Source: Promethearchaeota archaeon
GTDB taxonomy: Archaea; Asgardarchaeota; Lokiarchaeia; Sigyniarchaeales; SOKP01
NCBI GenBank assembly: GCA_011364925.1
Contig: RDOA01000017.1
Location: 1-64,000 of the forward strand
Reading direction: 5' to 3'
Length of the DNA: 64,000 bases
Position numbers and translations under genes: made by a program. This document shows, in pieces, positions 47,745 through 57,311 of this stretch; the stretch's first letter is position 1; the number at the start of each line of letters is the position of its first letter. A model generated the notes under the pieces. That model had not been told where the DNA came from and ran no database searches. It was given only the letters and a program-made list of their open reading frames with translations.

Positions 47745-49544
47745 TTAAAACCGATTTTTTACTACTTTTATTCTTCTTTTTTTGATAAACATAATTAGAA
47801 TCATACTGAAGAATGCTATTATAATGGGAAAGTAAATTAACGAGGATATTGTAGGATTTTCTGGTTTATGATAAATGAATTTAAGTACCAGAGTAGATTG
47901 GGTGCAAATAATCTCTTTTTTGGAATTTTCAAAAAGAGCGGAATTGTCGATACCGCGATTATTGATAGCAAAAGTGATTCTGATGTGTTCGTCTAACAAC
48001 CACATTTGTAAGTCGTCATTTCTACCAATTAAAATACCATTCTCGATTGTGCTATAGCATAATGTTGGTTCTACTATTACGTCTCCTCCATAAATATCGG
48101 AAAAGTCAACAAAATCGGTTGTAATTATTTCTCTCTCCATAGATCCTTCTGGAATCTTATAGAGAGTGTTGTTATACGCCTCATAAAGAAAGATATTTCC
48201 ATTTGTATCAGTTACACCAACAATCTTCGTGGTTTTTTCAAACGTGTCTATCTTATGGTAATCCATTGGATTACTTATGGGTATTCGGTAAACATAAGTC
48301 TCGTTTTTTAGTATATCTTCTGTTAAGAGTATGATCTCGTTATTTTTAACATCATAATGGATTGATTTAGCCCACTCGTGAAATTCATGAATGAACCAAT
48401 CTTCGAAAGAACCATCGTGATGAACGCGAAGGATTGTTACCGAATCGTTTCCTAACAACGCATATATATTGTTATCTGCATCTACTATTAATTTCGATAT
48501 TGTTTTATTGTACGGATTCCTCCCGAAATACGTTGGTCCTGTTTGATTTATTTTGTAGATGGTGTCATCAATTACATAGAGGATCATTCCATCGTTAGTC
48601 TCAATTATAGATTGAGAGTTTATCAAGGGAGTAAGTATTTCTGCTTCCGTTTTATCCGGATCGTAGCTGATAAGGCATCCCCCAAAGCTCCCCGCGGCAA
48701 TAAAGGTTTGCATTTTAGTTGACCAAGTTAATGTGCTCATTCCAACTTTGGAAGCCATTAAGAATACAAAATCGGTATTATTATACTTATAAAATCCCCT
48801 ATTATTACCATCTGCTGTCATATAGTAAAGATCATCATTATCATCTACACCAATTCCAATTACTTCTTGCGTACCTGGAAGTCCAACTCCTGTTTTTAAT
48901 ACCGTCGTCATTGAAGACGTTAAATTCATCATAGAAAATGACCCGAGATATGTTTCTGTATAATAAAGAATGCTTTGCTCGTTATTTAAAACAATCTGAC
49001 TACAACCTTGCACATTTGACAGGATCGTTGTAATGAAGTTACCATCAGCATCAAATTTTAAAATGTCTGTTCCGTTTGTTAAAGAGCCAGAATAGAACGA
49101 ATCGTCTGTAGGATCAACGGTTAATGTCGATAAATATCCTCCAGAAGAATAATTATTTAATAAATTAAATTCGCTGGAAGTTATAGTATAAAAACAGAAT
49201 CCATCAACTCCTATATAACGATTATGGATAGGTTGGTACACAATATCACTCAACGATATGTTCAAGGTACGGTACTCTGTATGAATTCCAAATTCGTCCA
49301 TTTTCATCATTACGTGATTAAGGTTATCAACATAATAAAGATCGTTATTCTCCCCTATACATTTCGGTCCTGGAGGATGTTGAATCTCATAAATCCGTAA
49401 TATGTCCCACCCTGGCCTAACCTCTCTCATAGGTTCGTTTTGAACAACACTACCACCCATCGGAATAATCGAGATGATATTGGAAAAAAATAAAATCGTA
49501 ATTACAAAACAAAATCGAGCTTTATTCAATGTCAAAATTACCAA
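47745..49544 (-). CDS. Surface-anchored beta-propeller protein (NHL/SMP-30-like), N-terminal signal and C-terminal TM
   Basis: Repeated blades (LTVDPTDDSFY, IGVDDNDDLYY, LIVDADNNIY, VTDTNGNIFLY); C-terminal TM followed by KKRR. Confidence 0.7.
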   Translation of the reverse strand: MVILTLNKARFCFVITILFFSNIISIIPMGGSVVQNEPMREVRPGWDILRIYEIQHPPGPKCIGENNDLYYVDNLNHVMMKMDEFGIHTEYRTLNISLSDIVYQPIHNRYIGVDGFCFYTITSSEFNLLNNYSSGGYLSTLTVDPTDDSFYSGSLTNGTDILKFDADGNFITTILSNVQGCSQIVLNNEQSILYYTETYLGSFSMMNLTSSMTTVLKTGVGLPGTQEVIGIGVDDNDDLYYMTADGNNRGFYKYNNTDFVFLMASKVGMSTLTWSTKMQTFIAAGSFGGCLISYDPDKTEAEILTPLINSQSIIETNDGMILYVIDDTIYKINQTGPTYFGRNPYNKTISKLIVDADNNIYALLGNDSVTILRVHHDGSFEDWFIHEFHEWAKSIHYDVKNNEIILLTEDILKNETYVYRIPISNPMDYHKIDTFEKTTKIVGVTDTNGNIFLYEAYNNTLYKIPEGSMEREIITTDFVDFSDIYGGDVIVEPTLCYSTIENGILIGRNDDLQMWLLDEHIRITFAINNRGIDNSALFENSKKEIICTQSTLVLKFIYHKPENPTISSLIYFPIIIAFFSMILIMFIKKRRIKVVKNRF

Positions 49545-49595
49545 CTTTTCAGCTAAGATATAAAAATAATAAAAAATGAAAATTTTTTTATTAAA

Positions 49596-50369
49596 CTAAG
49601 AAAGCATACTTTTTTTCCAAGCTATATATCCTCGAGTTTCTTTTCCTCGATAGATTGCGCTTTTACCTGTCTGTTTTTCGTAGACGCGTTGAAGAGTTTC
49701 TTCGTCAGCTCCTTGTAGTTCTTCTCTTTTTATTTCTTCTTCAACTTCCATCTCCTCTTCTATTTTTTTAACGCGTTTGAGAACAGCAAAGACTCCATGG
49801 TTCCATAATACGAAGGCTATGTAAACAAGCATCACGATTACAAATAACACACCTCCAACGAAGAGAACCCATTCTCCGGGATTAAAGTGATTTATAATGT
49901 AAATCCATAGATCTGCGATAAAATTTGGGAAAACTGTATAAGGTAGGATAACGACTAGAAGAGTGATAATAAAGGCATAAACCCCTACCAATGTCACTGC
50001 TATTAAAAGTCTCAGTGTGGTATAATCTTCGTATTTCTTAGCCAATATCCTATCCTTGAATAATCTCTGACAAAGCTTAAGTATCCCGCCCCTGAATAAT
50101 ACGTAGAAAAGGACTAACAAGAAAAGATGGAGAACCACGATTCCAACAATTATTAGTGCAACCCAACCTACACCTAAATTCCATATTTGAAACCATAAAC
50201 CTTGATCTATAAGCCAACCTATAATTGTGAGCCAAATACCGAGAATAGTTATCGCTGAGGCAACAATGATTGCATAATATATTAACTTAGCAATACGTAT
50301 ATCCCAAGTACTATATTCATCAAGTGGATCTGGTGGTCTTGTTGGTGCTTTTCGCGATTGACGTGGCAT
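49596..50369 (-). CDS. 4TM membrane protein with charged C-terminal domain
   Basis: Four TM segments; Glu-rich coil; tail YEKQTGKSAIYRGKETRGYIAWKK. Confidence 0.7.
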   Translation of the reverse strand: MPRQSRKAPTRPPDPLDEYSTWDIRIAKLIYYAIIVASAITILGIWLTIIGWLIDQGLWFQIWNLGVGWVALIIVGIVVLHLFLLVLFYVLFRGGILKLCQRLFKDRILAKKYEDYTTLRLLIAVTLVGVYAFIITLLVVILPYTVFPNFIADLWIYIINHFNPGEWVLFVGGVLFVIVMLVYIAFVLWNHGVFAVLKRVKKIEEEMEVEEEIKREELQGADEETLQRVYEKQTGKSAIYRGKETRGYIAWKKSMLS

Positions 50370-50489
50370 TTTTTTTCCTCTAATTGTATTAGATTTTTAC
50401 AATTTATATTATTATATTGGTGTTTTAGTTTATTTGAATAATTTGCCTATTTAAATATTATGTGATTGATAAAATAGACAACGGCGATT

Positions 50490-50939
50490 TTAGGACGATG
50501 TTTTTAAAGACGAGTGACAGTATGGGCACCGACTAATTCCTACTTCAATATCCTCACCGCAATAAGGGCAGAAATTTTGGCCTTTTTCTTCTCTTCCCTC
50601 TTTAATTTTCGAAGGAGCTTCCTTTGCTTCCTTCTGTTTCTTTTCTTTTGCTTTCCCAGCTTTTTTAAGCACTTTTTCCTTTGCAGTTAATGGTTCTTCC
50701 TCTTCTTTTGGTTTTACATGGGGTTCAGTCGAAAATTCTACTTTAGATCTACAGGTAGGACAGTGTTCCTTCTTTTTTTTTGCGTAGATAAATGCGAAAA
50801 TAATTGCTCCGATTCCAACAGAAGCTATCGAGATTAAAACCCATTCAACTTTTTGAAATGTTTCCAGTGGCTTTTTTATAGGTTTTGTAACCTCTTTATC
50901 ACAAACTTTACAGTACGCGTATTTTGGCATCTTATTCAA
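50490..50939 (-). CDS. LITAF-like zinc-ribbon membrane protein with C-terminal zinc ribbon
   Basis: CKVC, ~22-aa hydrophobic stretch, EHCPTC; then CPYC-x10-CPYC. Confidence 0.6.
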   Translation of the reverse strand: MNKMPKYAYCKVCDKEVTKPIKKPLETFQKVEWVLISIASVGIGAIIFAFIYAKKKKEHCPTCRSKVEFSTEPHVKPKEEEEPLTAKEKVLKKAGKAKEKKQKEAKEAPSKIKEGREEKGQNFCPYCGEDIEVGISRCPYCHSSLKTSS

Positions 50940-51088
50940 TTTTTTATTAGTAGCTAATTAAGTCTTATTATAGAAGGTTTTATTAAAAAAATTACCATTC
51001 TAAAATTTATTTTTTACTTAGTTTCTTCAAAATTTTTTACTTACACTACATTTTATTTATTACTAACTCAAACTCACTTTATTCTCGC

Positions 51089-52402
51089 ATGGAAAAGAAT
51101 TCTTTTTACATTGAAACATATGGATGTTTTTCTAATAAATCAGATTCGTATATAATCTCAACACTTCTGAATAAATCTGGATACACTCCGACTACCATTG
51201 AAGAAGCAGAGTTTGTGATAATAAACACCTGTGCTGTAAAGCAACAAACTGAAAATAAAATTAAAACTCGTTTGAGTGAACTTTATAACCACTATAAAGA
51301 AGATAGAAATAAACATTTCATCATTGCCGGTTGTTTACCGCATGTTGATCCTTCATATATAGATGTCGTTAAAAATTTAATTCCTAATTTCTCAGCAATA
51401 ATCGATCTCGATAATTTAAAAGAAATTCCTTTCATTTTTGAAGAAATCAGATCAGGAAAAACCAATCTTGTCCGTAAATCAACGGGTTCAATTGATAAAT
51501 CTGAAATATTAATTGATTATCCCGAAGGAAAAATTACTGGAATCGTTCCAATCTCAGAAGGTTGTTTAGGTTCATGCACATATTGCTGCGTGAAAAACGC
51601 CCGAGGACGCCTAAAATGTTACAATCATCAAACTATTCTTGAAAATGTAAAGCATCAATTACAGTCAGGTATTAAGCAAATTTACTTGACATCCCAAGAT
51701 TGTAGCACTTATGAGTACGATAATATTAAATTGGTTGATTTAATATCTGAAATTGCTGTTTTGGACTACAAATTCTTTTTAAGAATCGGCATGCTCAATC
51801 CAAGGTTTTTAATAGACGAATTCGAACAATTACTTACTATATATAAACATAAAAAAATCTATCATTTTTTACATGTCCCAATACAATCTGGGAGTGATTC
51901 AATTCTTAAATTAATGAATCGTAATTATGTTATCTCAGATATCATGGAGAAATTGAAAATCCTTAGAAGCAAGTTTCCGTTTCTTTCGATCTCAACCGAT
52001 ATCATATGTGGTTTCCCTGGAGAAACTGAAGAAGATTTTAGTAAGACCATAGATTTGATTAAATGGCTAAAACCCGAAATTCTTAACGTATCAAAATATA
52101 CACCTCGACCTGGCACGAAAGCGAAATATATGGAGCAATTGAATAGTAAGACAATAAAAGAGCGTTCCACAACTCTTTCTGGTGTTTTTCGGGAATCTTT
52201 AAACGATATTAATTCTAAGTGGAAGAATTGGGAAGGAGAAGTTTTAGTTTTACATAAAGGAACTAGAGATAACCAAGTATTTGGAAGAAATTTCGCATAT
52301 AAAAATGTGTTCATCGATAATTTTACAGGTGATTATGGATCTTTTGTAAAAGTACGCATTTCTAATGTTGACGGATTTAACTTATTTGTAGAATGTATAT
52401 AA
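51089..52402 (+). CDS. mtaB: Radical-SAM tRNA methylthiotransferase (archaeal/eukaryal e-MtaB, CDKAL1-like)
   Basis: ETYGC, INTCAVK, IAGCLP, SEGCLGSCTYC, LRIGMLNP, TDIICGFPGET, C-terminal TRAM-like domain. Confidence 0.85.
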   Translation: MEKNSFYIETYGCFSNKSDSYIISTLLNKSGYTPTTIEEAEFVIINTCAVKQQTENKIKTRLSELYNHYKEDRNKHFIIAGCLPHVDPSYIDVVKNLIPNFSAIIDLDNLKEIPFIFEEIRSGKTNLVRKSTGSIDKSEILIDYPEGKITGIVPISEGCLGSCTYCCVKNARGRLKCYNHQTILENVKHQLQSGIKQIYLTSQDCSTYEYDNIKLVDLISEIAVLDYKFFLRIGMLNPRFLIDEFEQLLTIYKHKKIYHFLHVPIQSGSDSILKLMNRNYVISDIMEKLKILRSKFPFLSISTDIICGFPGETEEDFSKTIDLIKWLKPEILNVSKYTPRPGTKAKYMEQLNSKTIKERSTTLSGVFRESLNDINSKWKNWEGEVLVLHKGTRDNQVFGRNFAYKNVFIDNFTGDYGSFVKVRISNVDGFNLFVECI

Positions 52403-52488
52403 ATCGATGACAAGAAATAATTAAACTTTTATTTAATGATACTTCAGTTAACTTACAACTTTAAATTATTAGGATAAAGTGATTATAA

Positions 52489-52722
52489 ATGGCATGGACA
52501 CCACCAAGTAAATTTATAGTATTTTTGACCTTCATTTTAATGGCATTTGGAGTGTTTATTATACTTGACCAATCTACTATCTTTTGGTCAGGAAATATAT
52601 TGCCATCCATGAATATAATAAGTGGATTAAGCTCTCCTCAATTCTGGTTATTAGCTGCGGTGATACTTTTCTTTCTGACTTGGTTCCTTTTTTTCCTTGC
52701 AGTTAAGTTAAAGGGCTTATAA
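52489..52722 (+). CDS. Small 2TM membrane protein
   Basis: 77 aa with two hydrophobic helices, in its own intergenic slot with a downstream T tract. Confidence 0.65.
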   Translation: MAWTPPSKFIVFLTFILMAFGVFIILDQSTIFWSGNILPSMNIISGLSSPQFWLLAAVILFFLTWFLFFLAVKLKGL

Positions 52723-52841
52723 ATAGAATTATTTCTTTTTTTTCTTTTTTAATCTTAGATGTAATTTTTTATTAAAATAAAAACCTCTAAAGTTTTCTTT
52801 GCTGCGCTGTATATAAAAAAATAGTAAAGAAAAAGAATTAA

Positions 52842-53738
52842 TTAAGCTTTCTTTTGAAGACCTACCTTTTCAAGAAAACCGGCTAACCGTGCGCGATGGA
52901 ATTTCAAACCTAAGTCATCCGGGTTAAATCCAAACGCTAAAGCATATAATTCTGTTAAGTATAACACTGGAATGTCAAATTCGTTGTTAGATTGTGTACC
53001 CGCTTTTTTTTGATTGGTATCTAACTGTTGAAAACAAGCAGGACAAATTACAACAAAAGCGTCAGCTCCAGCTTTAGTAGCGCTAGCTAATTTATTTGCT
53101 AAAATTTGTAGCCCAACTTCTGGCTCCGTATTTCCCGCACCAGTTCCACAACAAACAAATTCTTCTTCGTATTCTACTGGTGTTGCCCCAGTAGCGGCTA
53201 CGAGTTCCCTTAACTTCTTAGGTTCCATTGGATCGTCCGTTTGGACAATCTCAGATGGTCTATTATAGTGACATCCTGTATGGCATGCGATTTTTACACC
53301 TGAAAAGTCTTGAGTAACGAATTCTTTTATTTTATCTACTCCGTAATCATGTAGAACTTCTACAAAATGCTTAACATTAATCGTGCCTTTAAATTCTCTC
53401 CCTAATTTTTCCAAAATTTTATTTATCTTTTCTTTCTCGTGATCGTCGCTGTTCAATTCAGTGTTCACAAGCTTTAAAGTTTGAAAACAGCCATTGCAAA
53501 GCGATACAATATCTTTACCTTCAGCCTCAGCAATTGTTAGATTACGAGCGCCCATAGCTAACCAACTCGTGTGATCAATTGCGTGAAATCCAACCGGATC
53601 GGGACAGCACGCAAAATCAGCGTCAGAAGTTTTGATTCCAAGCTTATCAAAAACTTTACGAGAGCTAGCTTCTATAAATGGAATTCTGTTTCCGATCGTG
53701 CAGCCGGCGAACATTTTGTATTCATCAACTTTAGCCAA
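52842..53738 (-). CDS. hdrB: Heterodisulfide reductase subunit B
   Basis: FAGC, ACCPDP, GARNL, SLCNGC, HTGCH, CCGTG, ICPACFQQLD. Confidence 0.92.
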   Translation of the reverse strand: MAKVDEYKMFAGCTIGNRIPFIEASSRKVFDKLGIKTSDADFACCPDPVGFHAIDHTSWLAMGARNLTIAEAEGKDIVSLCNGCFQTLKLVNTELNSDDHEKEKINKILEKLGREFKGTINVKHFVEVLHDYGVDKIKEFVTQDFSGVKIACHTGCHYNRPSEIVQTDDPMEPKKLRELVAATGATPVEYEEEFVCCGTGAGNTEPEVGLQILANKLASATKAGADAFVVICPACFQQLDTNQKKAGTQSNNEFDIPVLYLTELYALAFGFNPDDLGLKFHRARLAGFLEKVGLQKKA

Positions 53739-53899
53739 ATTTAATCCTCTCTTCCGATATAATATTATTTCTTTAGTAGCTTTAATTTAGGAATAATAAT
53801 AATTATTCTAATACTAAATTTAATTAAAAATTTATTGAATCGAATTCATTTAATTTTATAAAATTAAAGAATACAAAAATGTGATGTATCTTTCAAGTC

Positions 53900-55489
53900 T
53901 TATTTCAAAGTATATTTTTCACCTTTAACAGGTAAAATTATTTTCCCAGATAATCCAAATTCTTGAAATGTTTCGGGATGTTCAGTGTGTACGGGAATTA
54001 TATTATCAGCATCAACTTTTTGCAAAAAATCTATTAACCCATCAACACTACAATGACCGGAAGAATGAATTGTGTCAGTTTTAGAAATCTTTAACTTCTC
54101 TAACCACGCATTCAGTTTATCTTCTTGGATCTCCATTTCTTCATTGAATGGATCTGTAATGGAGTTAATAAATACAGTGCTATTTGGTTTCTGGTTGATA
54201 TCAATTAGTTCGTTGAACATAAAATAATCGAGATATAATAAGTATTTATCGGGCTCCTTTTTCACGTCTTTGTAAGTTATATAGTTATCGATTCTAAAAA
54301 TATCGCTTTGGTACGCTTCTCTATAATCTGCGGCTTCAAATTTGCCCCAACCCTTACGAGGCATATATACTACGAAATTTTTATCGCTATAATCTGGTAG
54401 TGGATAATATCCGTAATATTGCTTTATCCGCTCTTCTTCCATAGTATCGAATTTCATTCTAAAACTATCGATCAAGTGAAATATCTTCGGAGTGATCGCG
54501 AATCTTCTATCAAACTTCTTAGCGAGGGAATAAAATGACAAAATTCTATCAAGGTTCCTTGGGGAACATCTCATGAGTATTAACCCGGGATGGCTTTTTA
54601 TAATATCACTTGCTAAACTTTTCACTTCATTTTCTGTTTGTTCATCATCACGATACGAACCTGTTTTAAAATCTTCAATAGAAGGAACTCTGGTACCTTC
54701 AGTAATTATTGATATTGGATTAGCATCACGAGCTTTTTCCATGAAATCATTCACCCATTCGCTATGAAATCCGTGTCTTCTAAAATCTCCTGTGTATATT
54801 ATACTTCTCCCATCGTTCTCAATTATAAATGAGCACGCACCGGGAATCGAATGATCTGTCTGAAACTGGGTGATATCAACCTCTCCTTTGGACGATTTAA
54901 ACCTTGAAGGTTTACCCTCTTTTAAGATCCTAATCGGTCTTTTGATCTCTGAATCCTTAAAATCGGGTTTTTTTGCTCTTTTATACTCGATTTCTCCATT
55001 TTCACTTTTTCTCTTTTTTGGAACCATCTTAAAAGATTCATAGTAATTTAAGACTTCGTCTAAAAGTGGATCTTTAGAAGTGCTTGTTAAATGCTCCAAT
55101 ACCATTTGCGAAATCCAATTCATATAAATAGGGGTATCTTGTTTAAGAAAACCTATAAACTGGTAATGATCTAAGTGTGCGTGAGAGAGAAAACACGCTT
55201 CAACGATATTTTCGTTGGTGGTAATTATATTATATGGGTTGGAATTTAAGATATCAGAAAATGGAGTAATTAAATCGTTGCGATAAAGCTTATTGATTGG
55301 TGGAATAAGTCCTAAATACAAATAATCAATTATGCCATTGAGTTTACGAGGTTTGAGAAACTCTGAAAAATATTTTTGGCTTTCACTAAAAGAAAGGCCA
55401 AAGTCGAATAGGAATTTCTTATCACCAATAGTAATGAAAATTTTATTTCCACCAATCTCGCCAACTCCGCCAAAAATTTCAACATTCAT
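53900..55489 (-). CDS. Metallo-beta-lactamase beta-CASP hydrolase (RNase J-like)
   Basis: GGVGEIGGN, LSHAHLDH, DHSIPGA, YTGDFR, HSSGH, IPVHTE. Confidence 0.85.
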   Translation of the reverse strand: MNVEIFGGVGEIGGNKIFITIGDKKFLFDFGLSFSESQKYFSEFLKPRKLNGIIDYLYLGLIPPINKLYRNDLITPFSDILNSNPYNIITTNENIVEACFLSHAHLDHYQFIGFLKQDTPIYMNWISQMVLEHLTSTSKDPLLDEVLNYYESFKMVPKKRKSENGEIEYKRAKKPDFKDSEIKRPIRILKEGKPSRFKSSKGEVDITQFQTDHSIPGACSFIIENDGRSIIYTGDFRRHGFHSEWVNDFMEKARDANPISIITEGTRVPSIEDFKTGSYRDDEQTENEVKSLASDIIKSHPGLILMRCSPRNLDRILSFYSLAKKFDRRFAITPKIFHLIDSFRMKFDTMEEERIKQYYGYYPLPDYSDKNFVVYMPRKGWGKFEAADYREAYQSDIFRIDNYITYKDVKKEPDKYLLYLDYFMFNELIDINQKPNSTVFINSITDPFNEEMEIQEDKLNAWLEKLKISKTDTIHSSGHCSVDGLIDFLQKVDADNIIPVHTEHPETFQEFGLSGKIILPVKGEKYTLK

Positions 55490-55636
55490 TGCTTAATTAA
55501 CTTTTGATTGTAATGACCCTAGATATTAATATATACGATTTGAAATATAAAAATCTGCTAATTAATGGCTAGATGTTTTTTTAGGTATCCTACTCGATTT
55601 AAATCTAAGGTAATAAAAAAGAAAAGATGGAGTTAA

Positions 55637-56248
55637 TTAATCGAAATTTTTCCCACATTTGTTGCAAAAGTTAGCATGGGCCGGTAATTGTGCTCCACAT
55701 TCAGGACAATATTTAGTATTAGCATCAATAGTAGGTGACTCTTCTTCAGCTACTTGTTCTAATGCTTCTTTGGCTTCTTTTTTGTAGGCTTTCTCAGCTC
55801 TCTTTAATCCAAACTTTCCAATAACTGCTATAGCAGTACCAGCAAATGCCATTCCTGAATTGAAAGTGAATAGCAAATAAATTGTATCTAGGACAGTTTG
55901 CCATGTAGGATTTAATGGAATGTTGAAATATCCTACTATCCATGCAACAGCGTAGATAATTAGCCCCAACAATCCAAAACTCGTAGCAATTGTTATCACT
56001 AACCTTCCTAACCTGTTAAATTTTATCAGAATTAGGAAAACGCCAACAAGGACTGACCAACCTCCGTAAAAAGCTATATACTCTAATACAACCATAATTG
56101 CTGTAACAAGCGGAACAAATTCAGGTCCAATATAAGAAGTCATAAGGGTTAAAAGATAAGCGTAGAGACCAGCGCTTCCAGTAGCAGAACCAATGATCAT
56201 CAAAACGGCGCCAGCGATTATTACTAAGATCCAAAATAGTTTTTTCAT
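55637..56248 (-). CDS. 4TM membrane protein with C-terminal zinc ribbon
   Basis: Four TM segments; CPECGAQLPAHANFCNKCG. Confidence 0.75.
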   Translation of the reverse strand: MKKLFWILVIIAGAVLMIIGSATGSAGLYAYLLTLMTSYIGPEFVPLVTAIMVVLEYIAFYGGWSVLVGVFLILIKFNRLGRLVITIATSFGLLGLIIYAVAWIVGYFNIPLNPTWQTVLDTIYLLFTFNSGMAFAGTAIAVIGKFGLKRAEKAYKKEAKEALEQVAEEESPTIDANTKYCPECGAQLPAHANFCNKCGKNFD

Positions 56249-56356
56249 TAACTTTTCTCTCTTTAAATATTGTAAGTAAATTACTTTGAACTAATTATGA
56301 TAATATAGAAATTAAAGTTTTTAATTCTATTCTAACTCAAAAATAATATTTTGATA

Positions 56357-57175
56357 TTAAGACTTTATTCTCTTAGGATTCGCGTAGATATTCATTCTCC
56401 TCCCTCGAACGAATCCAATTAATGTAATTCCGTAGGAATCTGCTAACATAATACCAGATTCAACGGCTGCAGATATAGAAGAAACAATTGGAATTTGTGC
56501 CCTTACCGCTTTAAGAACTGAATCTCCAGTTAACCTTCCAGTTGAAGTTAGAAGTTTATTCTTGATCTGTTGGTTCTTAAGCAATAACGCTCCAATAACT
56601 TTATCTATTGCGTTGTGTCTCCCAATGTCTTCCTTTACAGTCAAGAGAGAACCATTTAAGTCAAACATGGCGGCACCATGACACCCTCCCGTTTCTCTAA
56701 ACAAGCGTGTATTTTTTTGCATCTCTAGCATCGATGAAAAAATAAGCTCTGCGTTCACAGTCAAGTCCTTATTATAGTCTAAGATATTGTCTGTCTCTAT
56801 TAATTTCTCTTTGATTAATTTTCGCCAGGGGGAGGGAATTCCACACGTTGTATCGATAATCCTACTCACTGGAGTAAGTTCCATCGTTTCTGAACGAAAA
56901 TCTTTAGAATCTACCAAGTCGACATAAACTCGACCTTCCGAATTATTTACTTTTATTAAGTTTATATCATTCATACCATCTATGATTCCGATTGAAAATA
57001 AAAAGCCAACCGTTAACTCTTTTAAATCTTTATTTAAACAAATTATGTTTACCAAAGGTTCTGAATTGACAAAGATATCAATTGAACTTTCTATTAGAAC
57101 GGTATCTAACTCCTCAGTTCTTTCTTCCTTATGAATTCTTGTAATACTCACTTCTTTTTGAAACATCTTACTCAC
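56357..57175 (-). CDS. fdhD: Formate/formylmethanofuran dehydrogenase accessory sulfurtransferase FdhD
   Basis: ELTVGFLFS, TTCG, TGGCHGAA, EDIGRHNAIDKVIG, LIGFVRG. Confidence 0.93.
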   Translation of the reverse strand: MSKMFQKEVSITRIHKEERTEELDTVLIESSIDIFVNSEPLVNIICLNKDLKELTVGFLFSIGIIDGMNDINLIKVNNSEGRVYVDLVDSKDFRSETMELTPVSRIIDTTCGIPSPWRKLIKEKLIETDNILDYNKDLTVNAELIFSSMLEMQKNTRLFRETGGCHGAAMFDLNGSLLTVKEDIGRHNAIDKVIGALLLKNQQIKNKLLTSTGRLTGDSVLKAVRAQIPIVSSISAAVESGIMLADSYGITLIGFVRGRRMNIYANPKRIKS

Positions 57176-57311
57176 TTTTTATTCATACGGGTAATTAATA
57201 AAGGCTTCTCAAATAAAAATAGATAGCATCATCAATAAAAGCAACTTTTATTCACTATAATCTAAAAAAAAAAAATAAAACTGAAAAATAAAAAAAAAGA
57301 GGGTTATCGAT

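Noticed and set aside
49596-50369. ESCRT late-domain-like motif APTRPP next to the LITAF-like gene
   Set aside because: It does not match P(S/T)AP or PPxY, and such short Pro motifs arise by chance.
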